Of a stretch of 30,230 bases of DNA, positions 8,993 to 18,203 are shown piece by piece; within the stretch, counting starts at the first letter, position 1, and every line of letters starts with the position of its first letter. Under the pieces are notes generated by a model, which ran no database searches, was not told the DNA's origin, and worked only from the letters and a program-made list of their open reading frames with translations. The stretch is from a virus (Duplodnaviria > Caudoviricetes): the IMG/VR virus record IMGVR_UViG_3300031953_000079, positions 1 to 30,230 of that record. One strand, written 5' to 3'. Made by a program: the position numbers and the translations under genes.

Positions 8993-9481
8993 CTAGCGCA
9001 GCACGGAAGGTTGCTCGCGCGCAGCTTTTGCCGATTTTTCTACGTAGATCACCTCCCGGCGGCCACCAAGGACAAGCACAAGACCAATTATTACGAAGAT
9101 GCCGCCAAGGATTATGCCGACAAATGAGGCCACTCCGGTAACAAGCATAGCGCCGCCCCCGGCGCCTATGATGGCGCTGGCTTGGCTGTCGGGTGAAGCG
9201 GCGATCACCTCAGATGCGGCCTGACTTGAGAGTAATCCCATTGTAAGCGGGAGCGCTAAAAAGCTAACGCCGCAAAAGAGAAAGCCTCTTCCAAATGCGC
9301 GGCGGATGTTCGGCGCAAATAGGCCGAACGCCCCTCCGAGGATGCAGACCAAGGAAAAGGTGACACCGCCGCCGCCCCATACTTGAGCCGTCCAAGCAAG
9401 GCCGGGGGATAGTATGAGGGCCGCAAGGGCGCCAAATGCGAGGCCTACCAAAATCCGCATGAAAGTAGAAAAAACATCCAT
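8993..9481 (-). CDS. Integral membrane protein, moron-like, antisense to the tail operon
   Basis: 162 aa with about four hydrophobic segments; fills the gap between chaperone and tape measure genes exactly. Confidence 0.75.
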   Translation of the reverse strand: MDVFSTFMRILVGLAFGALAALILSPGLAWTAQVWGGGGVTFSLVCILGGAFGLFAPNIRRAFGRGFLFCGVSFLALPLTMGLLSSQAASEVIAASPDSQASAIIGAGGGAMLVTGVASFVGIILGGIFVIIGLVLVLGGRREVIYVEKSAKAAREQPSVLR

Positions 9482-9512
9482 CTCGTTTCCGATCTAAATT
9501 GAGTGAGAACAA

Positions 9513-11522
9513 ATGGCACAATCAGTTATCGGTGCGTTGCGTGTCAACCTTGGGCTTGACAGCGCGCAATTCGACAAAGGATCCAAGAAGGCCGGAAATA
9601 GCCTAAAAGACATGCGGAAGCAATTTCTTGCGGTGTCAGGCGCTGCTTTGGCGCTGGGGGCAGGTATTTCGGCTTTCGCGCTCAGGTCGGCGCAGGATAT
9701 CGACAAAGCCGCTAAGGCTGCACGTCGCCTCGGCTCTTCCATTGGTGGCTATCGCGCTCTTGAAATGGCGGCTGGTGAGGCGGGCGTTTCGCTATCTGCG
9801 CTTGCCAATGACGTGCAGACAATGGACCGCGAGATCGCCAAGGGGAGCAAGGGTGCGGCGCGCTCGCTTAAAACGCTGGGGCTTTCTGCCAAGGATCTAG
9901 AAGGCCTTGAGGCTGATGAGAAGATTGCTTTAGTCGCCGACAGCATTCAAAAGCTTGGCTTGGATAGCGGTCAGGCGTCCGTGATCCTGCAAGATTTGGG
10001 CGTTCGCAATCGTGAAATGGTTCTTGCCGTGCTATCCGGTGGCGATGCGTTCAGGCAGGCGCGGGCGGATGTGGAAGACTACGGGCTGGCGATCAGCAGC
10101 ACTGATTCCGAAGCGATTGAACAGGCCAATGATCGCATCGGTCGCCTCGGCCTGATCGGCCAGTATGCGGGCCAGCAGCTGGCCGTTGCTCTTGTCCCTG
10201 CCCTTGGCGCGATGGCGCAGGCCATGACGGACAGTATGCGTGCTGGCGGATTACTGCGGGGGGTGATCGACCTTCTGGTTGGCAACATTGACACGATTAT
10301 ATCGTCAATGGGCGTGGCTGTTACCGTTTTCGGCGTGCAGTACGTGGCGGCTCTGGCCGCAGCGGCGGGTGCGACTGGTATTCTGTCGGGCGCCCTTGTC
10401 GTCCTCAAGGCTGCGATTTTTGCAACCGGCATCGGCGCTCTGATTATCGGCGCGGGCTACCTGATCGCCAAGTTCGTTGATCTGGTCAAGGCTACCGGTG
10501 GTTTTGGCGAGGCGTTGACCCTTTTGGGCGAAGTAGCCGCCGGTGTCTGGGATGGCATAGTAACCTCCGCTGGAGCGATCCCGGAGGGTCTGTTTGCGGT
10601 TTGGTCCGGCGTTCGCGCTGATTTCTTTGCCTTGATTTCTGACCTGATGGTCGAGTGGAGTGGTTTCCTTGGAAAGCTAAACGTCCTTTCGGACAAGTTT
10701 AAGATCCCCGGCACCGAAGGCATGGGGCCAGACCTTTTAGGCAAGGCCAGCGGCGGGCTTATGAGTTCAGCATCGGAGATGGACGCAAAGGCACAAAACG
10801 CTGCGAAGAACGCGTCTACCTTTGGGGCCGCTGCGGGCGCACAGGCTGCCGCTGGTTTCGACAAGGCAAAAGAAGCGCTTGCGAAGCTGACTGCTGCGAC
10901 GGCTGAAAATGCTGTGACGACGAATGACGGTGCGGCGGCGGCTGATGCGCTTGCCGCGTCACTGGGCGATGTTGCCGACAGCGCGGGCGGCGGTGGAGGC
11001 GGCAAAGGGGCCAAGGGCGGCGCGGCTAAAGAAATCGAGAAGATCAAGCCCGCGCTGGATGAGGTTTCCAACGGGTTCGATACTTTCAAATCCTCGGTGG
11101 CCTCTGCCTTTGAGGGGCTAATCACCGGCGCGAGTTCGTTCAAAGAGGCGCTGAGTGGCGTTCTAAAGAGCCTCGCCAGCATGTTCGCGCAAAGTGCGTT
11201 TTCTGGATTGTTTGACGGGTTTAAGATCCCCGGCTTTGCCACTGGCACGCCCCACGCGCCGGGTGGTTTATCAATGATAAACGAGCGCGGCGGAGAGATT
11301 GTTGACTTGCCTAATGGGTCGCGCGTTATCCCGCATGAACTTTCAAAGCGGATGCTAACGGGCGGCCAGAACGTCACCTTCGCACCCGTCATCGACGCGC
11401 GCGGGGCAGACGTGGGCGCGGTGCAGCGGCTAGAGGTCGCGCTGGCAAAAGCCTCGGCTGAGTTTGAAAGCCGGGCAATCAACGCTTTCAACGTCGGCAA
11501 AAAGCGGAGGCAGATCGTATGA
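9513..11522 (+). CDS. Tail tape measure protein
   Basis: 669 aa, Ala/Gly-rich helical; N-terminal IGALRVNLGLDSAQF and C-terminal GFATGT...INERGGEIVDLPNGSRVIP. Confidence 0.95.
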   Translation: MAQSVIGALRVNLGLDSAQFDKGSKKAGNSLKDMRKQFLAVSGAALALGAGISAFALRSAQDIDKAAKAARRLGSSIGGYRALEMAAGEAGVSLSALANDVQTMDREIAKGSKGAARSLKTLGLSAKDLEGLEADEKIALVADSIQKLGLDSGQASVILQDLGVRNREMVLAVLSGGDAFRQARADVEDYGLAISSTDSEAIEQANDRIGRLGLIGQYAGQQLAVALVPALGAMAQAMTDSMRAGGLLRGVIDLLVGNIDTIISSMGVAVTVFGVQYVAALAAAAGATGILSGALVVLKAAIFATGIGALIIGAGYLIAKFVDLVKATGGFGEALTLLGEVAAGVWDGIVTSAGAIPEGLFAVWSGVRADFFALISDLMVEWSGFLGKLNVLSDKFKIPGTEGMGPDLLGKASGGLMSSASEMDAKAQNAAKNASTFGAAAGAQAAAGFDKAKEALAKLTAATAENAVTTNDGAAAADALAASLGDVADSAGGGGGGKGAKGGAAKEIEKIKPALDEVSNGFDTFKSSVASAFEGLITGASSFKEALSGVLKSLASMFAQSAFSGLFDGFKIPGFATGTPHAPGGLSMINERGGEIVDLPNGSRVIPHELSKRMLTGGQNVTFAPVIDARGADVGAVQRLEVALAKASAEFESRAINAFNVGKKRRQIV

Positions 11523-12154
11523 CCCTGACGTTCCCGCGCACTGACATTCTGGCTGGCCTGAAATTCCCGGCCAGCACGCCCCGCATCAAGCCCATGTGGC
11601 GGCAAGAGATCAGCCGCACGGCGGGCGGTGTCGTTACGGTCAAGGATCTTGGCCCGCTCTTGTGGAAGGCGTCCTACCTGACCACACCTATGGAGCGCGA
11701 TCAGGCGGGCGAGGTGGAGGCGGATTTGCTGACGCTGGAGAACGGCGGGCAGCTATTCGAGGGCTACGACCCTGCGCGCCCGTTTCCGGCCTCTGACAAG
11801 GTGTCAGCATTAACGGGCGTGACCGTCAACAGCATCCGCGTCGACCGTTTGGCACTGCGCCTGTCGGGCCTGCCTGCTAATTTTGTAACGACCAAGGGTG
11901 ATTGGCTGTCAATTGATGACGGGACCAACCTGCACCTTATCCGCGCGGTGGAGACGACCACAGCGGCGGGAACGGGGCTGAGCGCATGGTTCGAGGTGCG
12001 CCCCGGCTTGCGGGCCAGCATCACAACGACAATGCCGGTCAAGCTGCGCTATGCACCCGCGCGGTTCATGGTCGATCCCGGCAGCGTGGATCGGTCGACG
12101 GTTAACGGCGTACACGACGCGGTGGCTTGGTCAGCAACGCAGGTGATCCGATGA
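11519..12154 (+). CDS. Distal tail protein (Dit-like)
   Basis: 211 aa directly after the tape measure gene; SRTAGG...DLGPLLW pattern; ATGA coupling. Confidence 0.7.
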   Translation: MTLTFPRTDILAGLKFPASTPRIKPMWRQEISRTAGGVVTVKDLGPLLWKASYLTTPMERDQAGEVEADLLTLENGGQLFEGYDPARPFPASDKVSALTGVTVNSIRVDRLALRLSGLPANFVTTKGDWLSIDDGTNLHLIRAVETTTAAGTGLSAWFEVRPGLRASITTTMPVKLRYAPARFMVDPGSVDRSTVNGVHDAVAWSATQVIR

Positions 12155-12762
12155 GAACCTTACCCGCCGGGGCGCTGACCGCTCTGAGCAGCGGCAGCGT
12201 CACGATCCGCGATTTCCTATGGCTTGAGGTGCGCGACCGCACGACCGGCGCACTCTATCCCGTTGGCTTCTGGTCGGACCTTGGCACGGTGTCTGCAAAT
12301 GTGATCGACCCGCGCACGGGTTCCACTGTCAGCCGCAGCTTTCAGGGCGCTGGCGGGCTGGTGCAAATGTCGCAGATCCCCATGACCAGCAACCTGACAG
12401 TGCAAACCGTGTCTGTCGTCATGAGCCAGATTTCCAACGCATCGGATCTGGTGCGCACCTATGAGGCAAAGCAGGCCCGCGTCGAGATATTCCGTGGCTT
12501 GTTTGCGCCCGCGTCACTTGTGCAACTCGCCCCGGCCTTCCCGCGCTTTGTGGGCTTCATCGACAGTATCGACATCAGCACCCCGGCGGAAGGTGAGGAC
12601 GGCAGTATTGAGATGACCTGCGTGAGCCATAGCCAAGAAATGAGCCGATATAATACCGTCACGCGCTCGGATGCCGATCAGGTGCGCCGCGCGCCGGGCG
12701 ATACATTCTCGCAACATGCGGCCTCTGTCGGCACATGGGAATTGAATTGGGGGCCGAGTTGA
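12151..12762 (+). CDS. Tail tip / hub minor tail protein
   Basis: VGFWS, RFVGFIDSIDI and RSDADQVRRAPGDTF...LNWG motifs; start moved to ATGA-coupled 12151. Confidence 0.7.
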   Translation: MRTLPAGALTALSSGSVTIRDFLWLEVRDRTTGALYPVGFWSDLGTVSANVIDPRTGSTVSRSFQGAGGLVQMSQIPMTSNLTVQTVSVVMSQISNASDLVRTYEAKQARVEIFRGLFAPASLVQLAPAFPRFVGFIDSIDISTPAEGEDGSIEMTCVSHSQEMSRYNTVTRSDADQVRRAPGDTFSQHAASVGTWELNWGPS

Positions 12763-13193
12763 TCCGCCCCGCCGTGGTTGGCGATATCCCCGCGATGGTG
12801 GGAATGGCCGCCGAGTTCGTCGCGCAGGCGCACAAGGATGCACCGGTCGACATGGACTATCTCGACGGTTCCTTTCGCTCGATGCTGGCATCGCCCAATC
12901 ATCTTGTCTTGGTGCTGGACGTGGACGGTGCGGCGCGCGGTGTGTTTTGTGCTGTCGCCAGCCGGTCGCCATGGTCGCCCGTCGCCGCCGCGTCCGAATT
13001 GGGCATGTGGGTGGCACCGGAATGCCGGGGCAGTTTTGCGGCCCTGCGCATGATGCGGGCCTATGTCGCGTGGGCGAAGGGCTTGGGCTGCATTCGCGCA
13101 ACCATGACCGCCCTGCCGGGCCGCTCGCTTGATAAGCTTTACGCGCGCTGCGGATTTGAGCCGGACGAAATCAATTATATGAGGCGCATCTAA
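12759..13193 (+). CDS. GNAT-family N-acetyltransferase
   Basis: IRPAVVGDIPAMV N-terminus, WVAPECRG motif A, AWAKGLGC and LYARCGF; probable TTG start overlapping the upstream TGA (ATG 12735 is the alternative). Confidence 0.85.
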   Translation: MIRPAVVGDIPAMVGMAAEFVAQAHKDAPVDMDYLDGSFRSMLASPNHLVLVLDVDGAARGVFCAVASRSPWSPVAAASELGMWVAPECRGSFAALRMMRAYVAWAKGLGCIRATMTALPGRSLDKLYARCGFEPDEINYMRRI

Positions 13194-16183
13194 TGGCGTT
13201 ATTTTCTTCGGCCATAGCTGCGGCGACAGCTTGGATCGGCAGCCTTACCTGGGCTGCGGTCGGGATGTTTGCCCTCAAGACGGCGGCAAGCATCGGCCTG
13301 TCCGCTCTGGCGCAAAAACTGTCGGGCAAGAAGGATGCAGGCCAGCAAAGTTTCGGCATCAAAGGAACGCTTGAGCGCGGCGCGGACATTCCGCAGTCGT
13401 TCATCATGGGCAAATACGCGACGGCTGGATCGCTGACCTATGCCAACACCTATTTCGAGGGGTCGCCAAACTACGGCCTGGCGATGGCGATCACGCTCAG
13501 CGATTTGCCGATCTCTGCGCTGACGGGTATTTGGATCAACGGAGTGCGTTATACCCTGATTCCTTATAGCGGCGTATTGCGACCAAGCGGCGGGTATTTC
13601 ACGAACAATACCGCATATTTGACGGCCCGCTTTTACGATGGAACGCAAACGTTGGCCGATCCCCTGCTTGCCAACTTCGCGTCAAGCGCTGCGCGCCCTT
13701 GGACATCCACGGCTGTTGGCAAGGGCAAGGCATATGTCGTCATTCGCGCCTATTCCGATCCGCATTTTTGGCGCAATGGCTTCCCGCAGATGCTCTTCGA
13801 AGTGGACGGGATCAAGCTTTATAACCCGGCTAAGGATACCAGCGTCGGCGGTGTCGGCGCGCATCGCTGGGCAGATCCCACAACTTGGGAATCCAGCGAA
13901 AACCCGGCTGTGCAGCTTTACAATCTGCTGCGCGGCATCCGATACAACGGCGTGTGGTTTTACGGCTTGCAGGACGTGGCCGAGGCGCAGCTTCCTGCGG
14001 CGCACTGGATCGCGCAGATCAACAAATGCGACAGCACGATTCTGGGCGCGAGTGGCCCGGAGCCGCTATTCCGGTCGTCTTGTGAAATCCCGGTAAATGC
14101 TGAAATCCACAGCGTGATCGAAAGCCTGCTGGATACCTGCAACGGTCGCCTGTCGGATGCGGGCGGGGTCTATAAGCTGTTCGCGGGCGCGCCTGATGCG
14201 CCGGTCATGTCCTTCTCGGATGATGATATCCTGTCGACCAGCGAACAATCATTCACGCCCTTCCTTGGGCTGTCTGACACAGTTAATGGGGTGGCCGCGA
14301 AATACCCATCCCGCGCCGCTGGCTGGCAGATCGAGACGGCACCGCCCCTCTACCGCCCGGATTATGAGGCCGAGGATGGCGGTCGGCGTCTGCTGGTAGA
14401 TATTTCGCTGGACTTCGTTCCCTACGCGGAGCAGGCGCAGCGGCTGATGCTGGCGGCGCTGAATGAGGCACGGCGTGCGCGGCGGCACACGTTCACCCTG
14501 CCGCCGAAATACTGGCCGCTGGAGCCGGGCGACGTGGTGTCATGGACCAGCGTTCGCAACGGGTATGCGGCCAAGCAGTTTCGCGTCGACGGGGTTATCG
14601 ACCTGCCGAACGCTGACGTGATTGTCGACCTCACCGAGGTTGATCCCGCAGATTATGATTTCGACACGGCGACAGACTTCACCCCGCCGGTCGTGCCCAG
14701 TAATCTGCCGCAGCCGGTAGCGTCTCAGTCTGTTGGCGGTTTCACGGTTACGGCCTCCAGCATAGAGGACGCGGCTGCGATCGGACGCAGGCCAGCTATC
14801 AAGGTCGAGTGGGATGGCACCATCCCCGATGTTGCTGCGGTCAAGTTTGATCTGCGCATCAAGGCGACGGGCGCGCCTGTTGATCCTGCGCGCGCTGACA
14901 CTGTCTCTGACGGCGAGATCTACATCTCATCGGGCATTCTGGCCGCCACTGAATACGAGGTACGGGCGAAGTTCATCCCGATCAGCCCGCGCCCGACAGA
15001 CTGGACGGCATGGGTTAGCGTCACCACGCTCAACCTGCTGTTCGTCGAGGCGGATTTAAACCCCGGCAGTGTGACAACTGAGGTGATTGCGCCTGCGGCT
15101 GTTAATGTCTCGCGCATGTTCATTGACAACCAGCTGGAGTTGGACGCCGTAAAGGCGGGCTTTGTGATGGGCAAAGACGGCGCATACAACTTGGTCGACG
15201 ACGGCATTTATATGGGCCGCACTGAGGAGCCGGGCGGCACGCTCGGATTTGGCTTCTCGGTTTCCAAGACTTCTGTCGGCGGGGCGGTCCAGAGCCTGAG
15301 TGCGACCTATGAAGATGGTCTGCGTATCACAAATGCGAATTTTTACCGCGACCTGGATGTTACGCCTGCGCCTGTCACTTACACGACCAGTCAGACAATA
15401 TCGCTGGGCGCTGGGGCTACATTGCTTAGCCTCACCATGCAGGGCGCGGGCGGCGGCGGAAAAGGTGGCGCGGGCGGCAACGACGGAACGGCAGGCGGTG
15501 CAACGACGGTCGAGTTGAAGGATGGAGCAACGACGATAGCGACATGGGCGGCGCCGGGCGGCGCTGGTGCGACGGGCGTTGCAACTGGGCAGGGTGCTGG
15601 ACCCGGCCAATCCTCGCCTTGGGGCGCGGGCGGGCAGCCGACGTTAGCCGCTGGTAATCCTGGCTCTGGTCGCGGTGCAGGCGGCGCGGGCGGGTATTCT
15701 GCGCGGTTCAGTTCGAAGGGTGGATTGGGCGGCCTAGCCGGGGCGCATATTTCTTTCAACAATTATGACGTGTCCGCCCTCACCGATCCAAAGATTGTTA
15801 TTACCATCGGCGCATCCGGCTTAGGTGGCGCGGGCAGCCCCGGCAACGGCTTCTTTGGCGGGAACGGTTCGGCGGGCCGCATCGACAGCCTTGTCGTGGA
15901 TACGCGTCCGGTCGCTGCGGACGTGATCCCCCTGACGCCGACGACTATCGGCTTGATGAATAATAGCGGGCCGTTTCCGGACCTCGGCGCAGGCCTTTGG
16001 GTGCTGTCGGCGGCAGCACAGACGAACATCACATTAGGCACCATTGAGGTTGCCCCCGGTGCGTCGGTCTATGCCGTTTATGGGCAGGTTGCGACATTCA
16101 TCTCTTCGCAAACGCCAGTGATTACCTCCGGTTGGGCCTACAACCACGCTGTCACATATCTCTTTTATAAGATGGGTGCGTGA
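13193..16183 (+). CDS. Central tail fibre / tip attachment protein (gpJ-like) with Gly-rich C-terminal region
   Basis: 996 aa; G.KLYNP...WESSENPA, LEPGDVV, FN3-like segment (about aa 510-615), then GAGGGG-rich receptor-binding-like region. Confidence 0.88.
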   Translation: MALFSSAIAAATAWIGSLTWAAVGMFALKTAASIGLSALAQKLSGKKDAGQQSFGIKGTLERGADIPQSFIMGKYATAGSLTYANTYFEGSPNYGLAMAITLSDLPISALTGIWINGVRYTLIPYSGVLRPSGGYFTNNTAYLTARFYDGTQTLADPLLANFASSAARPWTSTAVGKGKAYVVIRAYSDPHFWRNGFPQMLFEVDGIKLYNPAKDTSVGGVGAHRWADPTTWESSENPAVQLYNLLRGIRYNGVWFYGLQDVAEAQLPAAHWIAQINKCDSTILGASGPEPLFRSSCEIPVNAEIHSVIESLLDTCNGRLSDAGGVYKLFAGAPDAPVMSFSDDDILSTSEQSFTPFLGLSDTVNGVAAKYPSRAAGWQIETAPPLYRPDYEAEDGGRRLLVDISLDFVPYAEQAQRLMLAALNEARRARRHTFTLPPKYWPLEPGDVVSWTSVRNGYAAKQFRVDGVIDLPNADVIVDLTEVDPADYDFDTATDFTPPVVPSNLPQPVASQSVGGFTVTASSIEDAAAIGRRPAIKVEWDGTIPDVAAVKFDLRIKATGAPVDPARADTVSDGEIYISSGILAATEYEVRAKFIPISPRPTDWTAWVSVTTLNLLFVEADLNPGSVTTEVIAPAAVNVSRMFIDNQLELDAVKAGFVMGKDGAYNLVDDGIYMGRTEEPGGTLGFGFSVSKTSVGGAVQSLSATYEDGLRITNANFYRDLDVTPAPVTYTTSQTISLGAGATLLSLTMQGAGGGGKGGAGGNDGTAGGATTVELKDGATTIATWAAPGGAGATGVATGQGAGPGQSSPWGAGGQPTLAAGNPGSGRGAGGAGGYSARFSSKGGLGGLAGAHISFNNYDVSALTDPKIVITIGASGLGGAGSPGNGFFGGNGSAGRIDSLVVDTRPVAADVIPLTPTTIGLMNNSGPFPDLGAGLWVLSAAAQTNITLGTIEVAPGASVYAVYGQVATFISSQTPVITSGWAYNHAVTYLFYKMGA

Positions 16184-16608
16184 TGTTCATATATTACGAT
16201 GGCTCCGGTTTAATCCTGCATACGGCCACGGGCGATCCCAAGGCCATGCCACCGGGTAACTACATCGAAGTGCCGGATGACACGCTGGTGGACTTGGCGC
16301 GGGACAAGGTGGTCGATGGGGCGCACGTGCAGATCCCGCCGGACCCTGCCGAGGTGTTGGCTCAAGAGCGGGCAGGCATGTGGTGCAGCCCACTACAGGG
16401 AAAACTGGCGCTTGGTGAGGTTAGGTGGGCGCAGGTCGAGGCGATGCTTGCAAGTCCGACTACACCTTTTCCCATGCGGATTGCTATTTCCAGCGCGGTG
16501 CAGTGGGACCGTAAATCGCAGATGATGGACGAACTCGGTTGGATCATGGGCCTGACTGCCACGCAGATCGATGATCTGTTCCGCGCGGCCCGGCAGATAG
16601 TCGTATGA
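16180..16608 (+). CDS. Putative tail fibre assembly chaperone
   Basis: Follows the fibre gene; C-terminal LQGKLAL...WDRKS...MGLTATQIDDLFRAA pattern typical of fibre-associated proteins; start GTG 16180 or ATG 16183. Confidence 0.65.
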   Translation: MMFIYYDGSGLILHTATGDPKAMPPGNYIEVPDDTLVDLARDKVVDGAHVQIPPDPAEVLAQERAGMWCSPLQGKLALGEVRWAQVEAMLASPTTPFPMRIAISSAVQWDRKSQMMDELGWIMGLTATQIDDLFRAARQIVV

Positions 16609-16880
16609 TCTGGGTTGCCTTTGCAGCGCTAGAGATTGCTGTGCTGCTGATCTATGGGCGGCGCGCCTGGTCCCGGCGTTGGTGGAACGTACTGATCGCC
16701 ATCGACCAGCTGGCAAACGCCTATATCGGCGGCGATGCCCGCGAGACGATCAGTAAGCGCGCCGCCGAGCAATCGGACAAGCGCGGGTGGCGTGCGCTGG
16801 GGTGGTTTCTGGACAAGATCGACCCCGGCCACATGGCAAAATCGGCAGAAGAGCCGGGCCACAAGCCCGCGTGGAGGTAA
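16605..16880 (+). CDS. Phage hypothetical protein with an N-terminal TM segment
   Basis: NVLIAIDQLANAYIGGDARETISKRA...LDKIDPGH pattern; ATGA coupling. Confidence 0.7.
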   Translation: MIWVAFAALEIAVLLIYGRRAWSRRWWNVLIAIDQLANAYIGGDARETISKRAAEQSDKRGWRALGWFLDKIDPGHMAKSAEEPGHKPAWR

Positions 16881-16884
16881 TTGG

Positions 16885-17190
16885 ATGATCTGGCTGCGAG
16901 ATAACGTCTGGTTGTTGGCCGTGGTTGTTGGCGGCATCGCCGTTTCGATTATCGTCAGTGAAACCCATTCTTGGCGGGAAAGCTTCGCCAAGATCGCAGG
17001 CGGCCTTTTCTGCGCAGCCGTATTCCCCGGGCCCTTTCTGGAGATCATTGGGCGCGACCCGAACATCTACGGCAACGCGGTGGCGGGCCTCTTTGCGCTG
17101 ACGGGTGGATCATTCGCGCGCATGGCTGTCACGACCGACCGCGAAGCACTGGCGTCATTCATAGCAGTAGTTATTGGGCGTAAAAAATGA
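16885..17190 (+). CDS. Putative holin (2-3 TM segments)
   Basis: 101 aa from ATG 16885 with GGAGG RBS; hydrophobic segments and basic C-terminus GRKK; upstream of the endolysin. Confidence 0.6.
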   Translation: MIWLRDNVWLLAVVVGGIAVSIIVSETHSWRESFAKIAGGLFCAAVFPGPFLEIIGRDPNIYGNAVAGLFALTGGSFARMAVTTDREALASFIAVVIGRKK

Positions 17191-17609
17191 GGATGCATAT
17201 GGGCAGGTTCCCGATGGGTGGGCTGATCGTGGCTGGCTTTGTCAGCATCGCATTGATCGAGCCTATAGCGAATGTCTGGGACGATCACACAACGCCGCAG
17301 CCGTGGCTGGCTGTGTCGCTCAGCGAGGAAAATGGTGCGATCTCTTATCACCGCGAAATCACGCGATGGATGCGCGGCGCGTGGGTGGCGGTTGTCCAGG
17401 TGCGGCGCGGCGATGTCTGGAAGGGGGTCTGCACGGGCGACGGTGCGTTCACCTATCGCCCTAGAAACAGCGGCACTGAGTTAATGACGTTTGAATACTT
17501 CACGGGCGGGTGCGCGATGCCTGCCGAGCCGCACCGGGTTTGCGTCGATTACGTGATGCAGGACCGCCGCGGGCGGCAACGCGATTTCGGGCCGTTCTGC
17601 ACGGGCTAA
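17187..17609 (+). CDS. Hypothetical membrane-anchored protein with four Cys
   Basis: 140 aa; N-terminal hydrophobic segment then a beta-rich domain; ATGA coupling. Confidence 0.7.
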   Translation: MRMHMGRFPMGGLIVAGFVSIALIEPIANVWDDHTTPQPWLAVSLSEENGAISYHREITRWMRGAWVAVVQVRRGDVWKGVCTGDGAFTYRPRNSGTELMTFEYFTGGCAMPAEPHRVCVDYVMQDRRGRQRDFGPFCTG

Positions 17610-17635
17610 GCCACCTCACATTCTGACAACCTCGA

Positions 17636-17656
17636 CCCGCTTTCGGCGGGCCTTTT
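17636..17656 (+). terminator. Possible weak terminator hairpin upstream of the endolysin
   Basis: CCCGC-TTTCG-GCGGG followed by CCTTTT. Confidence 0.45.
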
Positions 17657-17672
17657 GCATTGGAGAAACGCC

Positions 17673-18203
17673 ATGACATATCTGCCTGATAGTCGGGTGA
17701 CGCACCTCGTTATCCATTACAGCGCGACCGCGATCGAGCGGGATTACACGTCAAACGACATTGACCAGATGCACCGCAAGCGCGGCTTTCGCGAAATCGG
17801 ATACCATTATTTTATCCGCAAAAGTGGAGCCGTCGAAACCGGGCGCGACTTGTCCCAGCCCGGGCGGTTTGAAGTCGGCGCGCATTCTAAAGGCGAGAAT
17901 AGCGCATCTATCGGGATCTGCTTCGAAGGCGGGGTGCGCGCGGCGGCTCCGAATGTCGGGTTTGATAGCCGAACCCCAGAGCAGACCGCAGCAATGATCC
18001 GCGTGATCGACAATCTTATAGAGCGGTTTCCCGGTGCGATTGTGGAGGGGCACCGCGATATGCCGGGGGCAGCAACACAATGCCCCGGCTTTGACGTCCG
18101 CGCCTGGTGGGATGATGTCGTGCGCGAGAGAAATTCCGCCCCGTCTGGTTTTTGGCCCCTCATTGCAAACCTTTTCCGCAGCATCTTTGGAGGTAAGACA
18201 TGA
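17673..18203 (+). CDS. Endolysin, N-acetylmuramoyl-L-alanine amidase (Amidase_2, T7 lysozyme-like)
   Basis: LVIHYSAT, IGYHY, GAHSKGENSASIGICFEGG and GHRD...TQCPGFDV zinc motifs; ATG 17673 with GGAG RBS. Confidence 0.95.
   Translation: MTYLPDSRVTHLVIHYSATAIERDYTSNDIDQMHRKRGFREIGYHYFIRKSGAVETGRDLSQPGRFEVGAHSKGENSASIGICFEGGVRAAAPNVGFDSRTPEQTAAMIRVIDNLIERFPGAIVEGHRDMPGAATQCPGFDVRAWWDDVVRERNSAPSGFWPLIANLFRSIFGGKT

Noticed and set aside
1-16608. Gene transfer agent cluster
   Set aside because: Long tape measure, ClpP-type protease, linked lysis genes, integrase, attP and an early operon indicate a true temperate phage
16605-16893. Two consecutive genes both starting ATGATCTGG (MIW)
   Set aside because: A 9-nt match is too short to distinguish from chance
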